A stretch of DNA of 64,000 bases. Origin: Planctomycetota bacterium. Lineage in GTDB: Bacteria; Planctomycetota; MHYJ01; JACQXL01. The notes below the pieces were generated by a model that worked only from the letters and a program-made list of their open reading frames with translations, was not told where the DNA came from and searched no databases. Of this stretch, positions 1 through 8,681 are shown one piece after another. Every line of letters begins with the position of its first letter. The stretch's first letter is position 1. The stretch lies in NCBI GenBank assembly GCA_016235865.1, contig JACRIK010000018.1, positions 66,891-130,890 of the forward strand, in the 5' to 3' direction. Both the position numbers and the translations under genes were made by a program.

Positions 1-390
1 GCCACGGAAGGCGTTTATCTCTGCGGCTTGGCGCATTCACCGAAGAATATAGATGAAAGTATTATTCAGGCCTGCGGCGCGGCTTCAAGGTCATCAACTA
101 TTTTAGGTAAGGATAGGATTGAACTTGATGCGATTGTCAGCGAGGTGGTTGACGAGAATTGCGATGGCTGCGCTTATTGCGTTGACCCCTGCCCGTACCA
201 TGCGCTGGCCTTGATTGAGTATGCCCGCGACGGGGCGATCAAGAAGACGATTGACCGTGATTTGGCGCTCTGCAAGGGATGCGGGGTCTGTCAGGCCACC
301 TGCCCCAAGGGTGGTATTGTGGTCAATAACTTTAAATTGCCGCAGATACAGGCGATGGTGGCCGCAGCATTAGAGTCGTCGACAACTTAA
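1..390 (+). CDS. hdrA: Heterodisulfide reductase subunit A (HdrA), C-terminal fragment with 2x[4Fe-4S] ferredoxin domain. The 5' end lies outside the window.
   Basis: The frame is open from base 1. It reads ATEGVYLCGLAHSPKNID...CDGCAYCVDPCPYHA...CKGCGVCQATCPKGG...QIQAMVAAAL, matching the HdrA C-terminal flavin-site loop and ferredoxin dicluster. It is immediately followed by mvhD. Confidence 0.6.
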   Translation, partial: ATEGVYLCGLAHSPKNIDESIIQACGAASRSSTILGKDRIELDAIVSEVVDENCDGCAYCVDPCPYHALALIEYARDGAIKKTIDRDLALCKGCGVCQATCPKGGIVVNNFKLPQIQAMVAAALESSTT

Positions 391-404
391 ATGAGGAGTA
401 GATT

Positions 405-857
405 ATGAGTGAGACACAAACTTCAACCGGGGAACAGACCGCGACTAATACATTTGAACCATTAATTATTGTTTACTGTTGTAACTGGTGTTCTTATGCC
501 GGCGCAGACTTGGCCGGGACATCACGTTTACAGTATCCGTCAAATATTCGCATTATCCGCGTAATGTGCTCAGGCATGGTTCATCCTAATTTAGTCGTGG
601 AGGCATTAACCAAAGGAGCTAATGGGGTTTTGATGTTGGGTTGCCATATCGGCGATTGCCATTATCTGGAAGGAAACTTAAAGGCCCAGGGGCGCATAGA
701 GGCCATCCAGCTTTTGCTGGATGATATGGGTGTGGAACGGGATCGGTTCCGGCTGGAATGGGTTTCGGCTTCGGAAGGCCCGCGCTTCGCCCAGGTTATC
801 AAGGATATGACAGAGCAGATAAAGAATCTTGGTCCCAGCTCGTTCAGGCAGTATTAG
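405..857 (+). CDS. mvhD: Methyl-viologen-reducing hydrogenase delta subunit (MvhD/FlpD-like)
   Basis: Contains the YCCNWCSYAGADLAG motif typical of MvhD. An SD (GAGGAG) precedes the ATG. It lies between hdrA and mvhGA. Confidence 0.8.
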   Translation: MSETQTSTGEQTATNTFEPLIIVYCCNWCSYAGADLAGTSRLQYPSNIRIIRVMCSGMVHPNLVVEALTKGANGVLMLGCHIGDCHYLEGNLKAQGRIEAIQLLLDDMGVERDRFRLEWVSASEGPRFAQVIKDMTEQIKNLGPSSFRQY

Positions 858-921
858 TTAGTTTAGTAGGAGCGCCCTATAGTAGGGCGTTGAGGCGGTG
901 GAGAGGGTAAAAGGAGTTAGT

Positions 922-1374
922 ATGAAGATAGACAATAACCTTCCACTATATTCTATTTCGGTTGTGGCCAAGCTCTGCTCGACTCCGATAAGGATGCTGC
1001 GAGAATATGAGAAACAGGGATTAATCAAACCGAAGAAGGTCAACCGGCGGCGCTTATTCACGGTTAACGAGGCGGGTTTTATCAAGGATATCAGATATTA
1101 TCTGGCCGAGAAAAGGATGACCATTAACGGGCTGAAGGAGTTTTATCTCAGGTCTTCTTGCTGGGAAATCAAGCAGTGCAACCGCCGGCAATGTCCGGCC
1201 TACGGTAAATTAGACAAGCAATGCTGGGAGGTAGTGACGCACCATAAAATATGCGACGGTAAGGCTTGTCCCTCTTGTCCGATTTTTATTATTAAGACGT
1301 CTTTATGTGGTAAGCAAAACAAGAAATACGAGAGCCACTTTGCCTACGAGGCGGGTGGTGTTAGAGCCAAATGA
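922..1374 (+). CDS. MerR-family HTH transcriptional regulator with a Cys-rich (9 Cys) C-terminal domain. The ORF track gives start 898; ATG 922 has the better SD.
   Basis: The N-terminus LYSISVVAKLCSTPIRMLREYEKQGLIKP is a MerR-type HTH. The C-terminus is CWEIKQCNRRQCPAYGKLDKQCWEV...CDGKACPSCPIF. AAGGAG lies 7 nt upstream of ATG 922. Confidence 0.6.
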   Translation: MKIDNNLPLYSISVVAKLCSTPIRMLREYEKQGLIKPKKVNRRRLFTVNEAGFIKDIRYYLAEKRMTINGLKEFYLRSSCWEIKQCNRRQCPAYGKLDKQCWEVVTHHKICDGKACPSCPIFIIKTSLCGKQNKKYESHFAYEAGGVRAK

Positions 1375-1379
1375 ATCAT

Positions 1380-1443
1380 CCCGATAAAAACTATCGGGAT
1401 AACTGGCTGTAAAGCTCCTTCGTCGCTAACAGCCAGTAAGGAG
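1380..1443 (+). repeat. Structured REP-like element copy C1: hairpin cccgatAAAAActatcggg, then ATAA, then stem ctggctgt...CTAAC...agccag, then TAAGGAG.
   Basis: Same architecture as the copies at 34147, 37895 and 39925. Its 3' end supplies the SD for ATG 1451. Confidence 0.6.
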
Positions 1444-1450
1444 TTAAAGT

Positions 1451-1645
1451 ATGCCAATAAATTACCGCGTTATCAGCAACAAGAAATATATGTGGGACGG
1501 CAAGGTCTATGACAACGAGGGTGATGCCCTTAATGCCGCATCTGGTTACAAGAAGGATAACTTTGACGTCCAATTAATCCAGGAGGAAGGCAAACATTAT
1601 ATTTATACTCGGCGTGTGGCTGCCGCGTCAACTACCGCGAGTTAA
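1451..1645 (+). CDS. Small hypothetical protein (64 aa) inside the mvh/hdr operon
   Basis: Strong SD TAAGGAG 7 nt upstream. No recognisable motifs. Confidence 0.4.
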   Translation: MPINYRVISNKKYMWDGKVYDNEGDALNAASGYKKDNFDVQLIQEEGKHYIYTRRVAAASTTAS

Positions 1646-1678
1646 AGAATAATATTATAAACCCGAAAGGAGGGAAAT

Positions 1679-2677
1679 ATGCCAGTAAGAGTGGCTGAAG
1701 AGTGGCTGAACATCTGTGGCGGATGTGAAGTTACTATTTTGGACATAGGCGAACCGCTCTTGGACCTTCTGCCCCAGTTGGAGTTCGTGCACATCCCGGT
1801 GCTGGCGGACAACAAATACTTCGGGCAGGTCGGCGAGAAGAGCGCTATGGAGATTCCCCAGGCAGATGTGGGAATCATCTCCGGCGGTATCCGCAATGAA
1901 AAGGAAAAGCATGTGGCTGAGGAAATGCGCAAGAAGTGCAAGACCATTGTTGCGCTCGGCTCCTGCGCCTGCTTTGGCGGAATTCCGGCTATGGCGAACA
2001 TGTGGAATCTGCAGGGCCTTTATGACAAGGTCTATCGTGACAGCGTCACGACAGAGAAGGGCGAGACCCCCAAGGAAAACCTACCGCCACTCCTTGACAG
2101 GGTATATGCTTTGGACGAGGTGATTAAGGTTGATGTGGCCATCCCCGGCTGCCCGACGTCTCCGGACTGGGTGGTCGGCGCATTGACTTCTCTTCTGACC
2201 GGCAAGCCTTTTGTCATGCCGGAAAAGAGCGTCTGTGATGAATGCCCGACCAAGCGGGAGAAGAAAGCCGCCGGCGGCCAGATTAAGAGACCTTTGGAAT
2301 CGATTACCTTTAAGCAGGGTGAGCCATGGGAAAATACCCGTTGCTTTATGGAACAGGGATTCCTTTGTCTGGGTCCTGTGACCAAAGCCGGATGCGCCGG
2401 TGGGACCACCGAGCCAGGTGAATCAAAAGTGCCACGTTGCATCAAGGGCTATATGCCTTGCCGCGGCTGTTTTGGGCCAATCCGCAAAGGCGCCAATCCA
2501 TTGGTTGATATGATGACGGCGATTTCCTCAATCGGACTAGATGCCAAACAAGTTGCAGACCGCAGGGCTTTGCTTAACAGGTATATCGGCGGTCAGGGAC
2601 GCTTGAAGCCCATACCTGAACCAAAGGGTGGAGCCCAAGCACAGAAAGGAGGCGCAGAATGCCAGGCAAGACCATAA
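1679..2677 (+). CDS. mvhG: [NiFe] hydrogenase small subunit (F420-non-reducing hydrogenase MvhG-type)
   Basis: N-terminal ICGGCEV...ILD and multiple Fe-S Cys clusters. SD AAGGAGGG precedes the ATG. It overlaps the start of the large-subunit gene. Confidence 0.85.
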   Translation: MPVRVAEEWLNICGGCEVTILDIGEPLLDLLPQLEFVHIPVLADNKYFGQVGEKSAMEIPQADVGIISGGIRNEKEKHVAEEMRKKCKTIVALGSCACFGGIPAMANMWNLQGLYDKVYRDSVTTEKGETPKENLPPLLDRVYALDEVIKVDVAIPGCPTSPDWVVGALTSLLTGKPFVMPEKSVCDECPTKREKKAAGGQIKRPLESITFKQGEPWENTRCFMEQGFLCLGPVTKAGCAGGTTEPGESKVPRCIKGYMPCRGCFGPIRKGANPLVDMMTAISSIGLDAKQVADRRALLNRYIGGQGRLKPIPEPKGGAQAQKGGAECQARP

Positions 2678-4107
2678 CTATTGCGCCGGTCAGCCGAATT
2701 GAAGGTCACGCCAAGATAACCATTCAACTGGATGACGGCGGCAATGTCCAAGATACATGGGTAAATGTCGTGGAACTCAGAGGTTTCGAGAAGTTCTGCC
2801 TGGGCCGGCCTGTGGAAGAGATGCCTCGTATCGTCACGAGCATCTGCGGTGTTTGTCCCTGGTCGCATCATCTGGCGGCAGCCAAGGCCTGCGATGCGGT
2901 TTTCGGGGTGGCACCGACTCCGACCGGGGCAAAACTGAGAGACCTCTGCAACAGTATTGCCTATACCGAGGAGCATATCCTGCATTTCTTCTTCCTGGGC
3001 GGTCCGGATTTCGTAATGGGACCGGATGCCGATCCGTCAGTAAGAAATGTCATTGGGATTGCCAAGGCCAATCCTGAGATAGGCAAGAAGGTGGTTCGTA
3101 ACAGGCACCTGGGCGCCAGGATGCTTAACATCGTTTCCGGTAAGTCCATTCATCCGGTCACAGCGGTTCCGGGCGGATTCTCCAAGCCGCTTACCGAGGA
3201 TGAACGCAAAAAGGTCCTGCCCATGGCTGAAGAGGTATTGGAGTTTGCTAAGTTCTCCATCAAGTTTGCTAAGGAGAGCATCTTCCCCAAATACCTTGAT
3301 GTTGTAAAGACCTTAGCGGTCATTAAGACTGGATTTATGGGAACGGTGGACAAGGATGGAGCGCTTAATTGCTATGACGGTAAAATCAGATTGATGAAGC
3401 CGGATGGCACATACACCGATTTTACCTATGACAAGTACACGGATTACATCGAGGAGAAAATCCTTAACTGGTCATATCTCAAGTTCCCGTATGCCAAGAC
3501 CTGGGGTGAGGGCTTCTCTATGGATTTGAACAATCCTAAGGGAATCTACCGGACCAATACATTGGCCCGCATTAACGTGGCGGAAAAAATGGCTACCCCG
3601 CTGGCGCAGAAGGAATTTGAGGAATTCCGCAAGAACTTCGGCCGACCGGCCCAATTGACCCTGCTTTATCACTGGGCCAGATTGATTGAACTCCTGTATC
3701 ATGCGGAACATGCGGTGGAACTCCTGAACGATAAGGATATCACAGGCAAGGAGACCCGGGTGAAGGTAACGCCCAGGGCCGCACGTGGAGTAGGTTGCGT
3801 GGAAGCGCCCCGCGGGACGCTGATTCACGACTATACCACCGATGCGGACGGTCTCTTGACTAATTGCAATCTGATAGTTGGCACCACCCACAACAATGCC
3901 GCGATTAATATGTCCGTCAAGCAGGCGGCCCAACTCCTGATTAAAGGCGGAAAATATGATCAGGGTATGATGAATAAGGTGGAGATGGCTATCAGGGCTT
4001 ATGACCCCTGTCTGTCTTGCGCGACGCATAATCTTGACGGGACTTTACCTGTTAAGGTTACCATTATGAATGCCAAGGGCAAAGTGGTTGATACACTGGT
4101 AAACTAA
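2659..4107 (+). CDS. mvhA: [NiFe] hydrogenase large subunit (MvhA-type)
   Basis: N-terminal RIEGHAKI plus CGVCPWSHH (L1/L2 Ni-binding motifs). C-terminal DPCLSCATH with cleavage-site His. Confidence 0.9.
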   Translation: MPGKTITIAPVSRIEGHAKITIQLDDGGNVQDTWVNVVELRGFEKFCLGRPVEEMPRIVTSICGVCPWSHHLAAAKACDAVFGVAPTPTGAKLRDLCNSIAYTEEHILHFFFLGGPDFVMGPDADPSVRNVIGIAKANPEIGKKVVRNRHLGARMLNIVSGKSIHPVTAVPGGFSKPLTEDERKKVLPMAEEVLEFAKFSIKFAKESIFPKYLDVVKTLAVIKTGFMGTVDKDGALNCYDGKIRLMKPDGTYTDFTYDKYTDYIEEKILNWSYLKFPYAKTWGEGFSMDLNNPKGIYRTNTLARINVAEKMATPLAQKEFEEFRKNFGRPAQLTLLYHWARLIELLYHAEHAVELLNDKDITGKETRVKVTPRAARGVGCVEAPRGTLIHDYTTDADGLLTNCNLIVGTTHNNAAINMSVKQAAQLLIKGGKYDQGMMNKVEMAIRAYDPCLSCATHNLDGTLPVKVTIMNAKGKVVDTLVN

Positions 4108-4160
4108 AAAGGACAAAAATAGGGGCGTCCCGGCTAATGGGGCGCCCCTATATACCCATT

Positions 4161-4712
4161 ATGGAAACATCTGATTATTATAGTAAGAATATATTGGTGC
4201 TGGGTTGCGGCAATATCCTTTACGGCGATGACGGATTCGGGCCGGATGTGGCCGATTATATTTCAAGCAATTATAAGATACCGGAAAATGCCGCGGTGGT
4301 AAACCTGGGTTTATCCACCCGGGGATTTATATTTGATATTTTATTGAGCGAACAGAGGCCAAAATGTATTGTGGTGGTCGATGCGGTTACCTGTGAAGGT
4401 AAGAAGCCGGGCGAGATATTCGAAATTCCGCTGGATAATCTCTGCAAGGAAAAGGTAGACGATTTCTCGTTCCACCAGGGACCGACATCAAATCTGCTTA
4501 GGGAATTAAGGGATATCTGCGGTGTTGGGATAGTGATTCTGGCCTGCCAGCCGCAGGGGATTCCCAAGGAAATGACCAGGGGGCTGTCAGAGCCGCTTAA
4601 GAAATCGGTTATTAATATGAGCGAGCTTATTTATAATAGATATTTGAATCATGAAATAAACAAGGAGAATTTGAAATATGCCAACCCAAGCAACTGTAAT
4701 GCCCGATGCTAA
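4161..4712 (+). CDS. Hydrogenase maturation endopeptidase (HycI/HoxM family). An alternative in-frame start exists at 4137.
   Basis: ILVLGCGNILYGDDGFGPDV is the maturation-protease signature. It lies directly downstream of mvhA. Confidence 0.7.
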   Translation: METSDYYSKNILVLGCGNILYGDDGFGPDVADYISSNYKIPENAAVVNLGLSTRGFIFDILLSEQRPKCIVVVDAVTCEGKKPGEIFEIPLDNLCKEKVDDFSFHQGPTSNLLRELRDICGVGIVILACQPQGIPKEMTRGLSEPLKKSVINMSELIYNRYLNHEINKENLKYANPSNCNARC

Positions 4713-5244
4713 GTTCCTTAAACAGATGGACGATAAAATCAAGGTAAATGTCAATCTGTGTTTCCAGTGCCGGAAGTGTTCGGCCGGATGCCCGATGGCT
4801 TATGCCATGGACTATACTCCGGCTCAGCTTATCCACGCCATTCGCCTGGGATTGAAGGATATTGTCATTAACAGCAAGACTATGTGGATGTGCTCTTCCT
4901 GCCAGACCTGCACGACCCGCTGCCCGCAGGAGGTTGATATTGCCAGGGTGATGGATACGGTCAAGATCCTTGCGGTGGCCGAGGGGATTAAACCCCCAGT
5001 TTCCAGCGTGCATACGTTCAATAAGGCGGCCTTGCGCAACATCAAATGGCTGGGCCGGATGTATGAACTGGGCATGATTGGCGACCTGAAGATGCGCACC
5101 TTTGAGTTCTTTAAGGATATGGGCTTGGGCATGAAGATGTTTATGAAGGGCAAACTGAAGATTATTCCTTCGGTTTCCCCGGGCCGGACCCTGACCACCT
5201 GGAAGATATTCTCCAGGTCTGCCAAGAAAGATAGGAGTAACTAA
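4678..5244 (+). CDS. hdrC: Heterodisulfide reductase subunit C
   Basis: Two CxxCxxCxxxCP motifs (CFQCRKCSAGCPM, CSSCQTCTTRCPQ). SD AAGGAG precedes the start. Followed by hdrB. Confidence 0.8.
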   Translation: MPTQATVMPDAKFLKQMDDKIKVNVNLCFQCRKCSAGCPMAYAMDYTPAQLIHAIRLGLKDIVINSKTMWMCSSCQTCTTRCPQEVDIARVMDTVKILAVAEGIKPPVSSVHTFNKAALRNIKWLGRMYELGMIGDLKMRTFEFFKDMGLGMKMFMKGKLKIIPSVSPGRTLTTWKIFSRSAKKDRSN

Positions 5245-6104
5245 TGAATACAAAATATGCTTATTATCCGGGCTGTTCGCTGCATTCCACCGGCGCTGAA
5301 TATGATGTGTCATTCAAGAAGGTGGCCGGGAAGTTGGGAGTAGAACTGGCCGAGGTTCCGGGCTGGGTTTGCTGCGGGACTTCACCGGCCCATAGCGCTT
5401 CACATCTCCTGTCCATTGCCTTGCCGGTTAAGAATCTTTCCCTGGTTGAGACCATGGCTAAGGACGTGGTGGTTCCCTGCGCGGCCTGCTATTCCAGGTT
5501 TAAGTTCGCCACCTATGAAATGGGGCACGACAATAAATTGGCCGAGGATGTCAAGGAGGTTATCGGTTCATCATTCCAGAATAAAGTCAAGGTCTTACAT
5601 CCGCTGGAAATATTCGCTCAGATACCTCCGGACGCATTAAAAGCTCAGGTTAAAGAAAACCATAAGGACAAGGCGTTAAAGGTAGTGTGTTATTACGGCT
5701 GTCTGCTGACCAGGCCGCCCAAGGTAATGCAGTTTGACGATGTGGAATACCCGATGACCATGGACAAGGTTCTGGAAAATACCGGTTATCAAATCCTGGA
5801 CTGGTCTTATAAGACCGATTGTTGCGGCGCCAGCTTTGCCCTGAGCGAAACCGATGCGGTTCTGACCCTGACCCAGAAGATTCTCAAGAACGCCAAAGAG
5901 GTCGGGGCTGATGCCATTGCCGTGGCCTGTCCGCTCTGCCACGCCAATCTGGACACCAGGCAGACGGATATTAATGCCAAATACAATACCGATTACAACA
6001 TCCCGATATATTACTTTACCCAACTGATGGGTCTGGCATTCGGTTATAGTCCCAAGGAAATGGGAGTAAATAAGCATTTGACAGAAGCGACAATGAACGT
6101 TTAG
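5244..6104 (+). CDS. hdrB: Heterodisulfide reductase subunit B (two CCG domains)
   Basis: N-terminal YYPGCSLHST, with CCG motifs (WVCCGTS, TDCCGAS). Confidence 0.85.
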   Translation: MNTKYAYYPGCSLHSTGAEYDVSFKKVAGKLGVELAEVPGWVCCGTSPAHSASHLLSIALPVKNLSLVETMAKDVVVPCAACYSRFKFATYEMGHDNKLAEDVKEVIGSSFQNKVKVLHPLEIFAQIPPDALKAQVKENHKDKALKVVCYYGCLLTRPPKVMQFDDVEYPMTMDKVLENTGYQILDWSYKTDCCGASFALSETDAVLTLTQKILKNAKEVGADAIAVACPLCHANLDTRQTDINAKYNTDYNIPIYYFTQLMGLAFGYSPKEMGVNKHLTEATMNV

Positions 6105-6119
6105 GCAAAGGAGGCTATT

Positions 6120-6368
6120 GTGCACGAATGGGGATTGACGGCTGATGTGGTGGAAGAGGTTAAGAAACAAGCCGCTAAGAATGATATTGTTAAGGTAACC
6201 AAGGTTCAGATTGGCCTGGGGAAAAAGGCCGACCTGAGCGAAAGAGCATTCCGGACCTGCTTTAAGGTCCTGGCCAAGGAAACTATTATGGAAAAGGCGC
6301 GGCTGGCTTTTACCAAAAGACCGGACCATATTATCATCGTGAATACTATCGAGGGTAAGCAAGAGTGA
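6120..6368 (+). CDS. HypA-like protein, N-terminal Ni-binding domain only (82 aa, lacks the Zn-finger). GTG start.
   Basis: GTG at 6120 with AAGGAGG 6 nt upstream. Begins MHE... and contains QAAKNDIVKVTKV, like HypA MHE...QAAKHGAKRVT. There are no CxxC pairs. The stop overlaps the next gene's start (GTGA). Confidence 0.55.
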   Translation: MHEWGLTADVVEEVKKQAAKNDIVKVTKVQIGLGKKADLSERAFRTCFKVLAKETIMEKARLAFTKRPDHIIIVNTIEGKQE

Positions 6369-7744
6369 AGACGGCACAATCCATTATTAATGAAGAAGCT
6401 TTAAGCAGGATGCTCTCTGAAAGCCAGGATTCTGCGCCGGCGGCCATCCGCCGTATCATAGCCAAGGCCCGCCTTAAAAAGGGATTAACCGTAGAAGAAG
6501 TCGCCTACCTGGTTAATATTAAGGATAAATCGTTATTAAAGGAACTCTTTGAGACGGCCGCCCTGATTAAGCAGGAGATTTACGGTGAGCGGTTGGTTTT
6601 CTTTGCGCCATTATACGTCTCTGATTACTGCGTCAATGACTGCGCATATTGCAATTTCCATACCCGGAATAAGGAATTATCGCGCCGGCGGCTGACCCTT
6701 GACGAAGTAGCCCAGCAGGCCGAATTTATCATCAATCACGGCCATAAACGGATTCTTCTTGAATTAGGCGAAGACCCGGCCCATAATGAGATTGATTATG
6801 TGGTTGACGTGATTGACCGGATATACTCGGTCCGGACTCCCAAGGGCAATATCCGGCGTGTCAATGTCAATATCGCGGCCACTACCGTGGATGATTACCG
6901 GAAACTAAAGTCCGCCAAAATCGGCACCTATCAGCTCTTCCAGGAAACCTACCACCGACCGACCTATGAGAAACTGCACCAAGGCCCCAAGGCCGATTAT
7001 GACCGCCAGATAACCGCCCATACCCGGGCCTTCGAGGCCGGGGTTGACGATGTGGGCCTGGGTGTTCTCTTCGGTCTTTATGACTGGCGTTTTGAGACGC
7101 TGGGCCTGGTGGCGCACGCCTTGTATCTGGATCAGACCTACGGAGTAGGTCCGCATACTATTTCCGTGCCGAGAATCTGCCCGGCCAGCAGCGTGGATTA
7201 TAAACCGGAATACCCGGTCTCTGACAATGATTTCCTGAAGCTTATTGCTATATTGCGTCTGGCCGTGCCCTATACTGGGATGATTATCTCCACCCGTGAA
7301 AGTGCTGAGATACGAAAGATTGCTTTTAAGATAGGCATTTCCCAGGCCAGCGCCGGCTCGGTCACCACCACCGGCGGCTACGGCAAGGCATCACTGCAGG
7401 CCCAGTTCACGGTCCACGACAACCGTTCTTTGGAAGAGGTTATCCGTGAAGTGATTAAGGACAAGATGATACCCAGTTTCTGCACGGCCTGTTACCGGAG
7501 CGGCCGGACCGGCGAACGGTTTATGAAACTATCCAAGCCCGGTGAAATCCACAAATTCTGCCGGCCTAATGCGCTGCTGACCTTTGCCGAATACCTCTAT
7601 GATTGCACCACCAACGGCATTACGGAATCAGGAATGCAGCTCATCGTGGATTATCTGGAGCAGATAGAAGACGAGCCGATTCGCGCCGAAACCCGCCGGC
7701 GCCTGGCCGATATCAAGAACGGCAAACGCGATTTGTATTTTTAG
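6365..7744 (+). CDS. hydG: HydG-type radical SAM tyrosine lyase ([FeFe]-hydrogenase maturase family)
   Basis: CVNDCAYC radical-SAM motif. IRRVNVNIAATTVDDYRKLKSAKIGTYQLFQETYH is HydG-like. C-terminal CTAC-x22-C (CX2CX22C) auxiliary-cluster motif is present, which ThiH lacks. Confidence 0.8.
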   Translation: MKTAQSIINEEALSRMLSESQDSAPAAIRRIIAKARLKKGLTVEEVAYLVNIKDKSLLKELFETAALIKQEIYGERLVFFAPLYVSDYCVNDCAYCNFHTRNKELSRRRLTLDEVAQQAEFIINHGHKRILLELGEDPAHNEIDYVVDVIDRIYSVRTPKGNIRRVNVNIAATTVDDYRKLKSAKIGTYQLFQETYHRPTYEKLHQGPKADYDRQITAHTRAFEAGVDDVGLGVLFGLYDWRFETLGLVAHALYLDQTYGVGPHTISVPRICPASSVDYKPEYPVSDNDFLKLIAILRLAVPYTGMIISTRESAEIRKIAFKIGISQASAGSVTTTGGYGKASLQAQFTVHDNRSLEEVIREVIKDKMIPSFCTACYRSGRTGERFMKLSKPGEIHKFCRPNALLTFAEYLYDCTTNGITESGMQLIVDYLEQIEDEPIRAETRRRLADIKNGKRDLYF

Positions 7745-8045
7745 TCGCGGTTTGAACGCAATTAATTACTGCGACTTATCCTGAGCAAAGCGAATGGTTA
7801 GGGCGAATTACAGCCCCTTATCCTGCATCAGCGGGGTCCCGATGCATATCGGGGTTAAGCCATTTAGAATTCTTTCAGTATAAACCCCACAAAGGGATAA
7901 ACCCTAAATTCCACCTTGGTTCCTGTCATAATCCGAGCATAATTATCATGTCTTTTTTATATAACTCATTATGCTATAGAATATTGTATAAAATATTACT
8001 CTGCAAAACTAGGGGGAGGGGGTATGGTGGGGGGTAGTACCCTTG

Positions 8046-8320
8046 GCGCTACGGAGGTACGTTATCGGCCCGACGGAGGTACGTCACCGGCACTACCGAG
8101 GTGCATTCCAGGCGCTACAGAGGCATATTCTAGGCGCTACAAAGGTATATTCCAAGCGCTACAAAGGTACATTCCAGGCGCTACAAAGGTATGCTCCAGG
8201 CGCTACGAAGGTATGCTTCTGGCGCTACGAAGGTATGCTTCTGGCGCTACAGAGGTATGCTTCCGGCACTACGGAGGTATGCTTCCGGCGCTACGGAGGC
8301 ACGTCACCGGCACTATCATC
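8046..8320. repeat. Tandem array, 22-bp unit (consensus gcgctacaaaggtatgcttccg), about 12 copies
   Basis: The period can be read directly. Units diverge at the edges. There are no spacers, so it is not CRISPR-like. Confidence 0.85.
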
Positions 8321-8520
8321 GGTGTATGCTCACCATCCCTATAGGGTGGTAAAAAAAGAGGTTATTTATTGGTTTTTACTGAGAAGGAATCGGTAAAATA
8401 CTTAGTTGGCTTTCATTTATCTATTTACAGATAATTCGTCAGCATCATCGGCGAGGTCATAGCGGTTAGGGGGTGAGGTGATAGTGGTCAGATAGTTTTT
8501 ATCAATCATTAAAATACCAT

Positions 8521-8651
8521 TTTTATTGACCCCGTTAGAGATGTTTAATATACTAAATGATTAGTAGTATCAGGATATTTAGTAATGGTGATTAGTAACA
8601 AGATACTGGTAATACGGTCATCCCGATGGAATGACCTATCTCTAACGGGGT
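8521..8651. repeat. Long inverted repeat ttgaccccgttagagat / atctctaacggggttgac flanking about 100 bp of AT-rich DNA, just upstream of the 8682 gene
   Basis: The 17-bp arms are perfect reverse complements. The motif tatctctaacgggg recurs at 39883. Confidence 0.7.
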
Positions 8652-8681
8652 TGACACTGGCTAATTAGAAAGGTTCTACGC

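Noticed and set aside
4137-4160. ORF-track start 4137 for the hydrogenase protease
   Set aside because: ATG 4137 lies inside a GC hairpin directly after the mvhA stop. It would add an atypical 8-aa N-extension. ATG 4161 was preferred, with low certainty.
4627-5313. 228-aa minus-strand ORF
   Set aside because: It is antisense to hdrC/hdrB and has no motifs.
8024-8396. ORFs 8024..8344 and 8043..8396 (106 and 117 aa)
   Set aside because: They are in-frame translations of the 22-bp tandem array (repetitive RYAxGATxVCxRRYxG peptides). They have no SD or start context, and both frames are equally open.
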